A stretch of DNA of 64,000 nt, taken from contig OZ024743.1 of the NCBI GenBank assembly GCA_964016885.1, positions 23,870,001 to 23,934,000 of the forward strand, in the 5' to 3' direction. The notes beneath the pieces are model-generated. The model searched no databases and was not told the origin of the DNA. It saw nothing but the letters and a program-made list of their open reading frames with translations. Each line of letters begins with the position of its first letter. Position 1 is the stretch's first letter. Position numbers and translations under genes: made by a program. Source of the stretch: Eledone cirrhosa (Eukaryota). This document shows positions 10,592 to 25,094 of the stretch, piece after piece.

Positions 10592-13500
10592 ATCATCATC
10601 ATCATCATAGTTTAACGTCCATCTTCCACGCTTGCATGGGTTTGGACGGGAGTTTTCCCACTTGAGGCAAGAGTGGTTGTCTTGCTCGCATAGGACTGTC
10701 TGGCGGGTTTTCTACGACTGGATGCCCTTCCTAACACCAACCACATTTACAGTGTGGACTGGGAGGTTTTTACCGTGTTACCTACACGGCCACATTACAG
10801 CGTGGACTGTGTTTTTTTGTCGTGACACCTCCACGACCTCATTTGTTTCGGACTGGATGTTGTGGTACCAACATAACTTTACATTGAAAGGGGTGGGGGT
10901 GTATTTTTGTTAGAGGTGTCTACTGACTGTAGTAGGTTTCACTTTGTACTTAGGTAAGGCGGGTCTTCTGTATTACTGTGTAGCGCCAAAGATCTCGGTC
11001 CAGTGACATTGTCTTGGAGAGGTGTAAGTGTGTAAGGTCGGAATTTATCAAGTCGTCCCAGGTTTTTCTGGGTCAGCCTACTCCATGGCTACCATCTATT
11101 TTTATTGCCCTACACTTTTTTATACAGCTGTCGTCTTTCATGCGCATCACGTGACCATACCAACGTAGTCTTCTCGAGTAAACAACATCTGATCCCTCTT
11201 ATTTCTAATTTTTCCCTTAGTTCGTTTATGCTTTGCCGTTCACGTATATTACTATTACACATCCAGCGGAGCATGCAAGCTTCGTTCCTCTCCAGTCTGC
11301 GTATATCCTATGCACACAATGCCCAGGTCTCACTGCCATGTAACATTGTTGTTCGTATGCAGGCATCATACAGCCTGCCTTTCATTTTTAGAGAGAACCC
11401 TTTAGCGGCTAATAGTGGTATAAGCTCTCTGAACTTTTTCCATCCAGTTCTGACTCTAGCTACTGTACTTTCAGAGCACCCTCCCCCACTGCTGATTTTG
11501 TCACCCAACTAACGGAAGGTGTTCACTATTTCTATAGAACCATCTGTGCAATGGAATGAGCTAGTATTCTGTGGGCACTTGCTGCTACTTATTGCACCAG
11601 AGCACCGGCCACATATAAAATCTATATTCTTAGTTAGCTTACCTGTGATCCCACTACATCTTTTATGCACCCATACTTTGCATTTGGGACATAAAATGGA
11701 GTTTCTACCTACTCCTTTCCTACACACTGAGCATGGCCATTTCCCGGATGGGACCGGTGCCCTATTTTCCTTCCTGCAAACTAGAACTTTAGTCTTAGCC
11801 AGGTTAATTTTAAGGCCTTTTGATTCTAGGCCGTGCTTCCATGTTTGGAATTTCTTCTCTAGCTCGGCCATTGATTCAGCTATGAGTGTCAGGTCGTCTG
11901 CGTATAGGAGTTCCCATGGGCAGCTAGTCTTGAACTCCACTGTTATAGCCTGAAGGGCAATAATAAATAGTAGGGGGCTAAGAACAGAGCCCTGATGAAC
12001 ACCAACTTTTACGCTAAACTCTTCACTATATTCGTTGTTAATTCTAACCTTGCTGACTGTTTCTTTATACATGGCTTGTATAGCTCTCACAAGCCATTCA
12101 TCAACACCTGGTTTTCTAAGAGCCCACCAGATAATGGAACGGGGGACTCTGTCAAAGGCTTTCTCCAAGTCGACAAAAGCTAAGTATAGGGGTTTACTTT
12201 TAGCTAGGTACTTCTCCTGTAGTTGTCGTACAATGAAAAGAGCGTCTGTGGTACTTTTACCTGACACAAACCCGAACTGCATTTCATCTAGATCAATTCG
12301 TTCACTGATTAGTTGAGCTATTACTTTTTCTGTGGCCTTCATGACCTGGTCGATTAATTTAATGCCTCTATAGTTACCCCTACCTAGGGCATCTCCTTTA
12401 CCCTTGTAGCAGTTAATGATGATGCTGCTATGCCAGTCCTTCGGAACAACCCCATTCTGTATGACTTGGTTTACTATCTGGGTAACCATGGTGTGTCCCA
12501 CCATTCCAGCAACTATTTCCGAAGGCCCAGCCGCCTTACCCATCTTCATATCTTTGATTGCCTTACTTATTATACTACCTTCGACTAACACTGCTGGTCC
12601 CTCTATTGGATGGATGTGGGGGAGACTGTCTTTTTCCCATTTATTCTCATTTAGTAGCCTTTCGTAGTGACACTTCCAAGCTACCTTCTTATCAGCGTCA
12701 GTGATGGCAAGTACTCCATCATCATTAAGGACACACTTCTCCCCAACAATATCACGGTTTTCCTTGACACATTGCCTAGCAATCCTGAACACCTCAAGGT
12801 TTTGGTCCTCGCGTTGTAGAACATGCTTGAACTTTCTTTCCTCTGCTTCCCTTCTTGCGAAGTACACTTGTCTCCTAGCTTCCCTCCTGCCCACTTGATA
12901 GTCTTCTCTACTTCCCCCATACTTTCCAAGCCTTCTTTTTGGCCTTGACTCCTCCATCTTACTGTTCCACCACCACGTTACTCTCCTCCTGCCTATAGGC
13001 CTGCTCCAGCCACAGACTTCATCTGCCGCCATCAGCAGGTTTGCTTTCAGGAATCCCCACTGTTCCTCTATATTGTACGACTAATTGCTCCTCCTTACTG
13101 TCGAAAGCATCAAGTAATATGCTTTTAAATTTATTACTGGCTGTGGGGTCCTTTAGCTTCCATATTTTTCTCCTGAGGATAGTCCTCTTCTGTTGTCGAG
13201 TATGTCTCGTCCTGACTATGAGGTCGCTAATTATGAGTATGTTGGGAGGTGCATTCTTCATGGGGGAGGGATTTAGTGTTTACAACAGACACTGTCACGT
13301 CTTCTGGTAAGGATATAAACTACCTGGCTGGTATGTTCCCCTGTCTGTAGGTGATCAAGTTATTGTCTCATTTTTTGAAGATAGTGTTACAGATAGTTAG
13401 GTTATTTGCGTCACAGAATTCCAGGATTCTGGAGCCTTCCTCATTTCTAGTACCAAACCCATAGCCTCCATGGATTCCATCATAGCCGTCACAATGTTGT

Positions 13501-14200
13501 CCAACGTGACCATTTAGGTCGCCAGCAATAATTATATAGTCACTGTCGGTTATTTGGGAAGTAGTGAGCATCAGTGTCTCATAGAATCTGTCTTTTATAG
13601 TGCCAGGCAGTCCGGATTGGGGTGCGTACACAGATATTACTGCCACAGTAGTTCTATTTAGAACAAGTCTTATTTTAATTATTGTCATTCACTCTATTTA
13701 CGTCTATTATCTTATCCACCCATTTTTCTGCTAACATGATTCCTACCCCACCCAGCCCATTGTCATTTCCCACCCAGAAAAGCTTATAGCATCGTTTTTT
13801 ACCCACAATGAATCTAGCAGACCCGCCCCTCCTCCTGGTCTCTTGGATACAGCAAACATCAACCTCCTTACTTTCAAGCATTTCTACAACCTCGTTAGAG
13901 CGGCCTTTTAAGGTGCCTACATTCATGGTACCAACTCTGAAGTTTTGGATTGCGTTTGGTGGGTGGGGCGCGGGGAGGGGGATGGGTTGGGGGTTATGTT
14001 AGCCATCCGCGGCCGAAACAAAGAGGAGAAGTCTTTGCCCTTTCGTCCGGCAGCATGAGGTGAATTTGTCGTTATCTTTGGCATTGTCTCCGAGTGTCCA
14101 GATTCTTCAGACTCTCCAGAAATTCCTTAGTCCATCCATCATATCGAAAAACAACCCGGAGAAGTGATAGCATAGGCCGCTGACTTATGATTGGTCCAAA
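10592..14200 (-). mobile_element. Near full-length but disrupted RTE-like LINE (EN + RT + internal Cys-rich finger)
   Basis: EN motifs NVGTL, CIQETR, SVYAPQ and GDLNGH. RT motifs FVDLEKAFD, GVHQGSVLSP and LYADD. Several frameshifts; (tga)n tail at ~10593-10610. Confidence 0.92.
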
Positions 14201-14610
14201 TAATAGTGGTGGAGAGTGGGGGCGGGCAGGAGGGGTATGGGGTAGTTAGCGAGGAGAAGGTTTTAAATAAAGCAATAAACAGTAACAAGCGATATACTGG
14301 GATTTTAAAATACACAAGATTATTTAGAACAGCCAGACAGAATTATAGAATAGCATTGAGAAGGTAGGATTGGATTCTGGGCGATTATAGAGATATATGG
14401 ATGGATGAACCAAAGGGTGGGGAGACAAGAAAATGATATCATTGCATATCTCTCCCGTCTTCATTCCGAGGAGTAGAGTTTCAGTTCTTTTAGACTCTCC
14501 CAGTAGTTTATCTCCTTCACCGTGGCAACCTTCTTGGTGTAGCTTCATTGGATTGCTTCAAGCTCCATGGTTAGTTTGATACTATGGAGTGACCACTGCT
14601 GGGACCATTC

Positions 14611-14920
14611 ATCATCATTTCATTTTACGTCCACTTTTTCCCCTGCTTGCAAGGGTGGGACGGGAACTGATTCTGGCTTGATTTCTACAGCTGGATGTCC
14701 TTCCTAACACCAACCTCATTTACAGTGAGTGCTTTTTTGCCGTGGCACCTCCACGACCACTTTGCAGTGGAATGATAGGGACCCCAGTCCTATCATCTCA
14801 TTCCTACAGCTGAGTAAACTGGAGCAATGCGAAATAAAGTGTCTTGCTCAAGGAAACAACACATCACCCGATGTGAGAATTGAACTCACAACCTTTCAAT
14901 TGCAAGGCCAATGCTCTCAA
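14611..14920 (-). mobile_element. SINE copy
   Basis: Reverse complement of the 9980-10360 element. Confidence 0.7.
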
Positions 14921-14929
14921 TATGTATGT

Positions 14930-14964
14930 GTGTGTGTATATATACATATACATACATACATATA

Positions 14965-14996
<32 letters not shown>

Positions 14997-15368
14997 CATA
15001 CATATACATACATACATACATACATATACATACATACATACATACACATACATACATATACATACATATACATACATATATATACATACATATACATACA
15101 TACATATACATACATACATATACATACATACATATACATACATATACATACATATACATACATACATATACATACATACATATACATACATACATATACA
15201 TACATACATATACATACATACATATACATACATACATATACATACATACATACACATACATACACATACATACATACACATACATACATACATATACATA
15301 CATACATATACATACATATACATACATATACATACATATACATATATATACATATATATACATACATA

Positions 15369-15456
<88 letters not shown>

Positions 15457-15533
15457 CATACATACATACACATATACATACACATATACATACATACATA
15501 TATACATACATATATACATACATATATACATAC

Positions 15534-15582
<49 letters not shown>

Positions 15583-15583
15583 C

Positions 15584-15630
<47 letters not shown>

Positions 15631-16295
15631 CATATACATACATATATATATATATACACATACATACATATATATATACACATACATACATATATATATA
15701 TACATACATACATACATATATATACATATATATATATACATATATACATATATACATATATACATACATATATATATATACATATATATATATACATATA
15801 TACATATATATATATACATATATACATATACATATATACATACATATATACACATATATATATATATATATACATACATATATACACATATATATATATA
15901 TATATACATACATATATACACATATATATATATATATATATACATACATATATACACATATATATATATATATATACATACATATATACACATATATATA
16001 TATATATATATACATATATACATATATACATATATATATACATATATACATATATACATATATATATACATATATACATATATATATACATATATACATA
16101 TATACATATATACATATATACATATATATATACATATATACATATATACATATATACATATATACATATATATATACATATATACATATATACATATATA
16201 CATATATACATATATACATATATATATACATATATACATATATACATATATACATATATATATATACATATATACATATATATATACATATATAC

Positions 16296-16382
<87 letters not shown>

Positions 16383-16416
16383 TATATACATATATACATA
16401 TATATATATATACATA
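14930..16416. repeat. Compound (TACA)n/(TA)n microsatellite, ~1.5 kb
   Basis: Directly visible. It produces the 480-560-aa Y/I/H/T and M/Y/V/C pseudo-ORFs in the track. Confidence 0.97.
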
Positions 16417-16417
16417 T

Positions 16418-16990
16418 TAAGACTAAAATGCAAAGAGGGCTCGATAAGGATAAATATATATCAAATATATAAGAACCGTAGAGCAAATATTTATTAAAAT
16501 AACAGATTAAAGTTTAAGCAAAGAATCGGCTGCTTTCACCCTTAATGGGATCTTCTGAAACTAAAAAAAAAAAAAAAAAAAAAAAAATCAATCTGTGAAC
16601 GCAGAAGTAAATATTTCGAAAAACGTTGCAACCGAAGGACGAGAGGAAGGCAATACTTTGGTTCGTGGAGACATAGTTTTAGGTATTTCTTCCTGCTTGG
16701 TACGGGTATGTTCTTTGTAGAAATATTCAGATGTTTCTACATGATGAATATAAGTCAATAGAGTACTCAATCAAAGGAGCCAAATAGTAATAATAATAAA
16801 TTTGAAGACTAACATCCAAAGAGGGCTCGATAAGGATAAATATATATCAAATATATAAGAACCGTAGAGCAAATATTTATTAAAATAACAGATTAAAGTT
16901 TAAGCAAAGAATCAGCTGCTTTCACCCTTAATGGGATCTTCTGAAACTAAAAAAAAAAAATCAATCTGTGAACGCAGAAGTAAATATTTC
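16418..16990 (-). mobile_element. Penelope-like remnant: ~190-bp direct repeat, each copy carrying a hammerhead-like motif
   Basis: 16418-16620 is repeated at ~16804-16990. The motifs at 16511-16562 and 16897-16948 match 1494-1544. Confidence 0.55.
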
Positions 16991-17329
16991 TAAGCCGACC
17001 TTTGCCAATTGCACCTCTCAAGGGCAATGAAACACGACCATGACATCTGGCGTCACACAGTAATACAGAAGACCCGACTTTCCACAGGAACATATAGACA
17101 ATATTTGTTTTCCTTTGTTTTTTTTATGTCCTATCAACTAATCCAACCTCCAAAATGCTTGCAATTGACTATTTTTTTTAGCATATTAACAACAAATATG
17201 ATTTCCACTGCAATTAAAAATGACTAGCTTTGTGAATGGTTTTTCCATCCACTTTCTGCCTTCATTTTTCTACAAAGCTAATCATTGACGATAGGTTTCA
17301 AAGTTATATTCATTCATAATATGTGAAAA

Positions 17330-18693
17330 AAATAGTCAACTGCGAGCATTGGTGTGATGTAAATGGTAGGAGTAGGTGTTCTGTAATAAATTTACCATAT
17401 GGTGAAGTATGGTTATGGTGAAGTATATGGTGTGGATTGGGTAGATTAATGTACTGTGGTGTGATTTGTTATAAGTAAGGATTTAAATTTCCACTTTGAT
17501 TTATGTTAGAAAAATTTTTTTTTTCATTTTTGCATGTGCTATCAACTTCCAAGAAGCTCGCAGTGGACTTTGCTTTTAGCATATTAACAAAAAAATATGA
17601 CTTCCGCTGCAATAAAAAAATCACTAGCTTTGTAAATGGTATTTCCACCCACATCCTCCCTCTTTTTTCTACAAAGCTAGTCATTTTCATCAGGTTTCTA
17701 TGTCATAACCATTGATAATATGTGCATAAAATAGTAATTTTCAATCACCATTTATGTCAAATTGGGTGGAAGCACACACAAAAAAAAAAAAAAAAAAAAA
17801 AAAAATGCCACATGAAAATTTGTCACACCAAAATCAATAGCTTGGTGTGATGTAGTATGGTGTGGTTCGGTGAAGTTTCTACAAAGATAGTCATTTTCGA
17901 CAGGTTTCCATGTCATAATTATTGATAAGTGGAAAAAAAATAGTCATTGGGAGCACCTTTAATGTCAGATTGGGTGGTAAGCACACGCAGAAAAAAAAAA
18001 AGGAAACGGGAAGAAAATGTTTCACACGAAGATCAATAGCTTGGTGTGATGTAGTATGGTGTAACCTGGTATGGTGTGGTTTGGTTTGGTTTGGTTTGGT
18101 GAAGTTATGAAATGGAAACCAATTGTAAATGATAGATCCCCATGTCATATTCATTGATAATGTGTGGGAAAATAGTCATTTGCAAGCACCTTTGATGTTA
18201 GTTTGAGGTGGTAACCACAAAAAAAAAAAAAAAAAAAAAAAAGCAGGTAGCAAATTTGTCACATTGATGTCCATACCATGGTGTGATGTAAATGGTAAGA
18301 GTAGGTGTTTTGTAATAAATTTACCATATAGTGAAGTATGGTTATGGTGTGGATTGGGGTAGATTAATGTGCTGTGGTGTGCTTAAATGTGGGGACTTAA
18401 ATTTCCACTTTGATTTATGTTAGAAAAAAATTTTTTCTTTCAATTTTGCATGTGCTATCAACTTCCAAGAAGCTCGCAGTGGACTATGCTTTTAGCATAT
18501 TAACAAAAAATATGACTTCCGCTGCAATAAAAAATGACTAGCTTTGTAAATGGTATTTCCACCCACATCCTCCCTCTTTTTTCTACAAAGATAGTCATTT
18601 TCATCAGGTTTCTATGTCATAATCATTGATAATATGTGCATAAAATAGTAATTTTCAATCACCATTTATGTCAAATTGGGTGGAAGCACACAC

Positions 18694-18727
<34 letters not shown>

Positions 18728-18898
18728 TGGCAAATGAAAATTTGTCACACCAAAATCAATAGCTTGGTGTGATGTAGTATGGTGTGGTTTGGTGAAGTTT
18801 CTACAAAGATATCAATGGAAACCTGTCGAAAATGACTAAGTGAAAAAAAAAAGTCAATTGGTAGCACCTTTAATGTCAGATTGGGTGGTAAGCGCACA

Positions 18899-18933
<35 letters not shown>

Positions 18934-19610
18934 GTGAAGAAAATGTTTCACACGAAGATCAATAGCTTGGTGTGATGTAGTATGGTGTAACTTGGTATGG
19001 TGTGGTTTGGTTTGGTTTGGTGAAGTTATGAAATGGAAACCAATTGTAAATGATAGATCCCCATGTCATATTCATTGATAATGTGTGGGAAAATAGTCAT
19101 TTGCAAGCACCTTTGATGTTAGTTTGAGGTGGTAACCACAAAAAAAAAAAAAAAAAAAGCAGGTAGCAAATTTGTCACATTGATGTCCATACCATGGTGT
19201 GATGTAAATGGTAAGAGTAGGTGTTTTGTAATAAATTTACCATATAGTGAAGTATGGTTATGGTGTGGATTGGGGTAGATTAATGTGCTGTGGTGTGCTT
19301 AAATGTGGGGATTTAAATTTCCACTTTGATTTATGTTAGAAAAAAAATTTTTCTTTCATTTTTGCATGTGCTATCAACTTCCAAGAAGCTCGCAGTGGAC
19401 TATGCTTTTAGCATATTAACAAAAAATATGACTTCCGCTGCAATAAAAAATGACTAGCTTTGTAAATGGTATTTCCACCCACATCCTCCCTCTTTTTTCT
19501 ACAAAGATAGTCATTTTCATCAGGTTTCTATGTCATAACCATTGATAATATGTGCATAAAATAGTAATTTTCAATCACCATTTATGTCAAATTGGGTGGA
19601 AGCACACACA

Positions 19611-19642
<32 letters not shown>

Positions 19643-19815
19643 GTGGCAAATGAAAATTTGTCACACCAAAATCAATAGCTTGGTGTGATGTAGTATGGTG
19701 TGGTTTGGTGAAGTTTCTACAAAGATATCAATGGAAACCTGTCGAAAATGACTAAGTGAAAAAAAAAAGTCAATTGGTAGCACCTTTAATGTCAGATTGG
19801 GTGGTAAGCGCACAC

Positions 19816-19847
<32 letters not shown>

Positions 19848-20517
19848 CGTGAAGAAAATGTTTCACACGAAGATCAATAGCTTGGTATGATGTAGTATGG
19901 TGTAACTTGGTATGGTGTGGTTTGGTTTGGTGAAGTTATGAAATGGAAACCAATTGTAAATGATAGATCCCCATGTCATATTCATTGATAATGTGTGGGA
20001 AAATAGTCATTTGCAAGCACCTTTGATGTTAGTTTGAGGTGGTAACCACAAAAAAAAAAAAAAAAAGAAGGTAGCAAATTTGTCACATTGATGTCCATAC
20101 CATGGTGTGATGTAAATGGTAAGAGTAGGTGTTTTGTAATAAATTTACCATATAGTGAAGTATGGTTATGGTGTGGATTGGGGTAGATTAATGTGCTGTG
20201 GTGTGCTTAAATGTGGGGATTTAAATTTCCACTTTGATTTATGTTAGAAAAAAAATTTTTCTTTCAATTTTGCATGTGCTATCAACTTCCAAGAAGCTCG
20301 CAGTGGACTATGCTTTTAGCATATTAACAAAAAATATGACTTCCGCTGCAATAAAAAATGACTAGCTTTGTAAATGGTATTTCCACCCACATCCTCCCTC
20401 TTTTTTCTACAAAGCTAGTCATTTTCATCAGGTTTCTATGTCATAACCATTGATAATATGTGCATAAAATAGTAATTTTCAATCACCATTTATGTCAAAT
20501 TGGGTGGAAGCACACAC

Positions 20518-20549
<32 letters not shown>

Positions 20550-22334
20550 GTGCCAAATGAAAATTTGTCACCAAAATCAATAGCTTGGTGTGATGTAGTA
20601 TGGTGTGGTTTGGTGAAGTTTCTACAAAGATAACAATGGAAACCTGTCGAAAATGACTAAGTGAAAAAAAAAAGTCAATTGGTAGCACCTTTAATGTCAG
20701 ATTGGGTGGTAAGCGCACACACAAAAAAAAAAAAAAAAAAAGAAAAAAAAAGTGAAGAAAATGTTTCACACGAAGATCAATAGCTTGGTGTGATGTAGTA
20801 TGGTGTAACTTAGTATGGTGTGGTTTGGTTTGGTTTGGTGAAGTTATGAAATGGAAACCAATTGTAAATGATAGATCCCCATGTCATATTCATTGATAAT
20901 GTGTGGGAAAATAGTCATTTGCAAGCACCTTTGATGTTAGTTTGAGGTGGTAACCACAAAAAAAAAAAAAAAAAGAAGGTAGCAAATTTGTCACATTGAT
21001 GTCCATACCATGGTGTGATGTAAATGGTAAGAGTAGGTGTTTTGTAATAAATTTACCATATAGTGAAGTATGGTTATGGTGTGGATTGGGGTAGATTAAT
21101 GTGCTGTGGTGTGCTTAAATGTGGGGATTTAAATTTCCACTTTGATTTATGTTAGAAAAAAAATTTTTCTTTCAATTTTGCATGTGCTATCAACTTCCAA
21201 GAAGCTCGCAGTGGACTATGCTTTTAGCATATTAACAAAAAATATGACTTCCGCTGCAATAAAAAATGACTAGCTTTGTAAATGGTATTTCCACCCACAT
21301 CCTCCCTCTTTTTTCTACAAAGCTAGTCATTTTCATCAGGTTTCTATGTCATAACCATTGATAATATGTGCATAAAATAGTAATTTTCAATCACCATTTA
21401 TGTCAAATTGGGTGGAAGCACACACAAAAAAAAAAAAAAAAAAAAAAATGCCACATGAAAATTTGTCACACCAAAATCAATAGCTTGGTGTGATGTAGTA
21501 TGGTGTGGTTCGGTGAAGTTTCTACAAAGATAGTCATTTTCGACAGGTTTCCATGTCATAATTATTGATAAGTGAAAAAAAAAAGTCAATTGGTAGCACC
21601 TTTAATGTCAGATTGGGTGGTAAGCACACACACAAAAAAAAAAAAAAAGAAACGGGAAGAAAATGTTTCACACCAAGATCAATAGCTTGGTGTGATGTAG
21701 TATGGTGTAACCTGGTATGGTGTGGTTTGGTTTGGTTTGGTTTGGTGAAGTTATGAAATGGAAACCAATTGTAAATGATAGATCCCCATGTCATATTCAT
21801 TGATAATGTGTGGGAAAATAGTCATTTGCAAGCACCTTTGATGTTAGTTTGAGGTGGTAACCACAAAAAAAAAAAAAAAAAAAGCAGGTAGCAAATTTGT
21901 CACATTGATGTCCATACCATGGTGTGATGTAAATGGTAAGAGTAGGTGTTTTGTAATAAATTTACCATATAGTGAAGTATGGTTATGGTGTGGATTGGGG
22001 TAGATTAATGTGCTGTGGTGTGCTTAAATGTGGGGATTTAAATTTCCACTTTGATTTATGTTAGAAAAAAAATTTTTCTTTCATTTTTGCATGTGCTATC
22101 AACTTCCAAGAAGCTCGCAGTGGACTATGCTTTTAGCATATTAACAAAAAATATGACTTCCGCTGCAATAAAAAATGACTAGCTTTGTAAATGGTATTTC
22201 CACCCACATCCTCCCTCTTTTTTCTACAAAGATAGTCATTTTCATCAGGTTTCTATGTCATAACCATTGATAATATGTGCATAAAATAGTAATTTTCAAT
22301 CACCATTTATGTCAAATTGGGTGGAAGCACACAC

Positions 22335-22368
<34 letters not shown>

Positions 22369-22540
22369 TGGCAAATGAAAATTTGTCACACCAAAATCAA
22401 TAGCTTGGTGTGATGTAGTATGGTGTGGTTTGGTGAAGTTTCTACAAAGATATCAATGGAAACCTGTCGAAAATGACTAAGTGAAAAAAAAAAGTCAATT
22501 GGTAGCACCTTTAATGTCAGATTGGGTGGTAAGCGCACAC

Positions 22541-22575
<35 letters not shown>

Positions 22576-23245
22576 GTGAAGAAAATGTTTCACACGAAGA
22601 TCAATAGCTTGGTATGATGTAGTATGGTGTAACTTGGTATGGTGTGGTTTGGTTTGGTGAAGTTATGAAATGGAAACCAATTGTAAATGATAGATCCCCA
22701 TGTCATATTCATTGATAATGTGTGGGAAAATAGTCATTTGCAAGCACCTTTGATGTTAGTTTGAGGTGGTAACCACAAAAAAAAAAAAAAAAAAGAAGGT
22801 AGCAAATTTGTCACATTGATGTCCATACCATGGTGTGATGTAAATGGTAAGAGTAGGTGTTTTGTAATAAATTTACCATATAGTGAAGTATGGTTATGGT
22901 GTGGATTGGGGTAGATTAATGTGCTGTGGTGTGCTTAAATGTGGGGATTTAAATTTCCACTTTGATTTATGTTAGAAAAAAAATTTTTCTTTCAATTTTG
23001 CATGTGCTATCAACTTCCAAGAAGCTCGCAGTGGACTATGCTTTTAGCATATTAACAAAAAATATGACTTCCGCTGCAATAAAAAATGACTAGCTTTGTA
23101 AATGGTATTTCCACCCACATCCTCCCTCTTTTTTCTACAAAGCTAGTCATTTTCATCAGGTTTCTATGTCATAACCATTGATAATATGTGCATAAAATAG
23201 TAATTTTCAATCACCATTTATGTCAAATTGGGTGGAAGCACACAC

Positions 23246-23277
<32 letters not shown>

Positions 23278-25062
23278 GTGCCAAATGAAAATTTGTCACC
23301 AAAATCAATAGCTTGGTGTGATGTAGTATGGTGTGGTTTGGTGAAGTTTCTACAAAGATAACAATGGAAACCTGTCGAAAATGACTAAGTGAAAAAAAAA
23401 AGTCAATTGGTAGCACCTTTAATGTCAGATTGGGTGGTAAGCGCACACACAAAAAAAAAAAAAAAAAAAGAAAAAAAAAGTGAAGAAAATGTTTCACACG
23501 AAGATCAATAGCTTGGTGTGATGTAGTATGGTGTAACTTAGTATGGTGTGGTTTGGTTTGGTTTGGTGAAGTTATGAAATGGAAACCAATTGTAAATGAT
23601 AGATCCCCATGTCATATTCATTGATAATGTGTGGGAAAATAGTCATTTGCAAGCACCTTTGATGTTAGTTTGAGGTGGTAACCACAAAAAAAAAAAAAAA
23701 AAGAAGGTAGCAAATTTGTCACATTGATGTCCATACCATGGTGTGATGTAAATGGTAAGAGTAGGTGTTTTGTAATAAATTTACCATATAGTGAAGTATG
23801 GTTATGGTGTGGATTGGGGTAGATTAATGTGCTGTGGTGTGCTTAAATGTGGGGATTTAAATTTCCACTTTGATTTATGTTATAAAAAAAATTTTTCTTT
23901 CAATTTTGCATGTGCTATCAACTTCCAAGAAGCTCGCAGTGGACTATGCTTTTAGCATATTAACAAAAAATATGACTTCCGCTGCAATAAAAAATGACTA
24001 GCTTTGTAAATGGTATTTCCACCCACATCCTCCCTCTTTTTTCTACAAAGCTAGTCATTTTCATCAGGTTTCTATGTCATAACCATTGATAATATGTGCA
24101 TAAAATAGTAATTTTCAATCACCATTTATGTCAAATTGGGTGGAAGCACACACAAAAAAAAAAAAAAAAAAAAAAATGCCACATGAAAATTTGTCACACC
24201 AAAATCAATAGCTTGGTGTGATGTAGTATGGTGTGGTTCGGTGAAGTTTCTACAAAGATAGTCATTTTCGACAGGTTTCCATGTCATAATTATTGATAAG
24301 TGAAAAAAAAAAGTCAATTGGTAGCACCTTTAATGTCAGATTGGGTGGTAAGCACACACACAAAAAAAAAAAAAAAGAAACGGGAAGAAAATGTTTCACA
24401 CCAAGATCAATAGCTTGGTGTGATGTAGTATGGTGTAACCTGGTATGGTGTGGTTTGGTTTGGTTTGGTTTGGTGAAGTTATGAAATGGAAACCAATTGT
24501 AAATGATAGATCCCCATGTCATATTCATTGATAATGTGTGGGAAAATAGTCATTTGCAAGCACCTTTGATGTTAGTTTGAGGTGGTAACCACAAAAAAAA
24601 AAAAAAAAAAAGCAGGTAGCAAATTTGTCACATTGATGTCCATACCATGGTGTGATGTAAATGGTAAGAGTAGGTGTTTTGTAATAAATTTACCATATAG
24701 TGAAGTATGGTTATGGTGTGGATTGGGGTAGATTAATGTGCTGTGGTGTGCTTAAATGTGGGGATTTAAATTTCCACTTTGATTTATGTTAGAAAAAAAA
24801 TTTTTCTTTCATTTTTGCATGTGCTATCAACTTCCAAGAAGCTCGCAGTGGACTATGCTTTTAGCATATTAACAAAAAATATGACTTCCGCTGCAATAAA
24901 AAATGACTAGCTTTGTAAATGGTATTTCCACCCACATCCTCCCTCTTTTTTCTACAAAGCTAGTCATTTTCATCAGGTTTCTATGTCATAACCATTGATA
25001 ATATGTGCATAAAATAGTAATTTTCAATCACCATTTATGTCAAATTGGGTGGAAGCACACAC

Positions 25063-25094
<32 letters not shown>

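Noticed and set aside
14729-16497. Six overlapping ORFs of 478-563 aa
   Set aside because: They are translations of the (TACA)/(TA) microsatellite, which has no stop codons in any frame.
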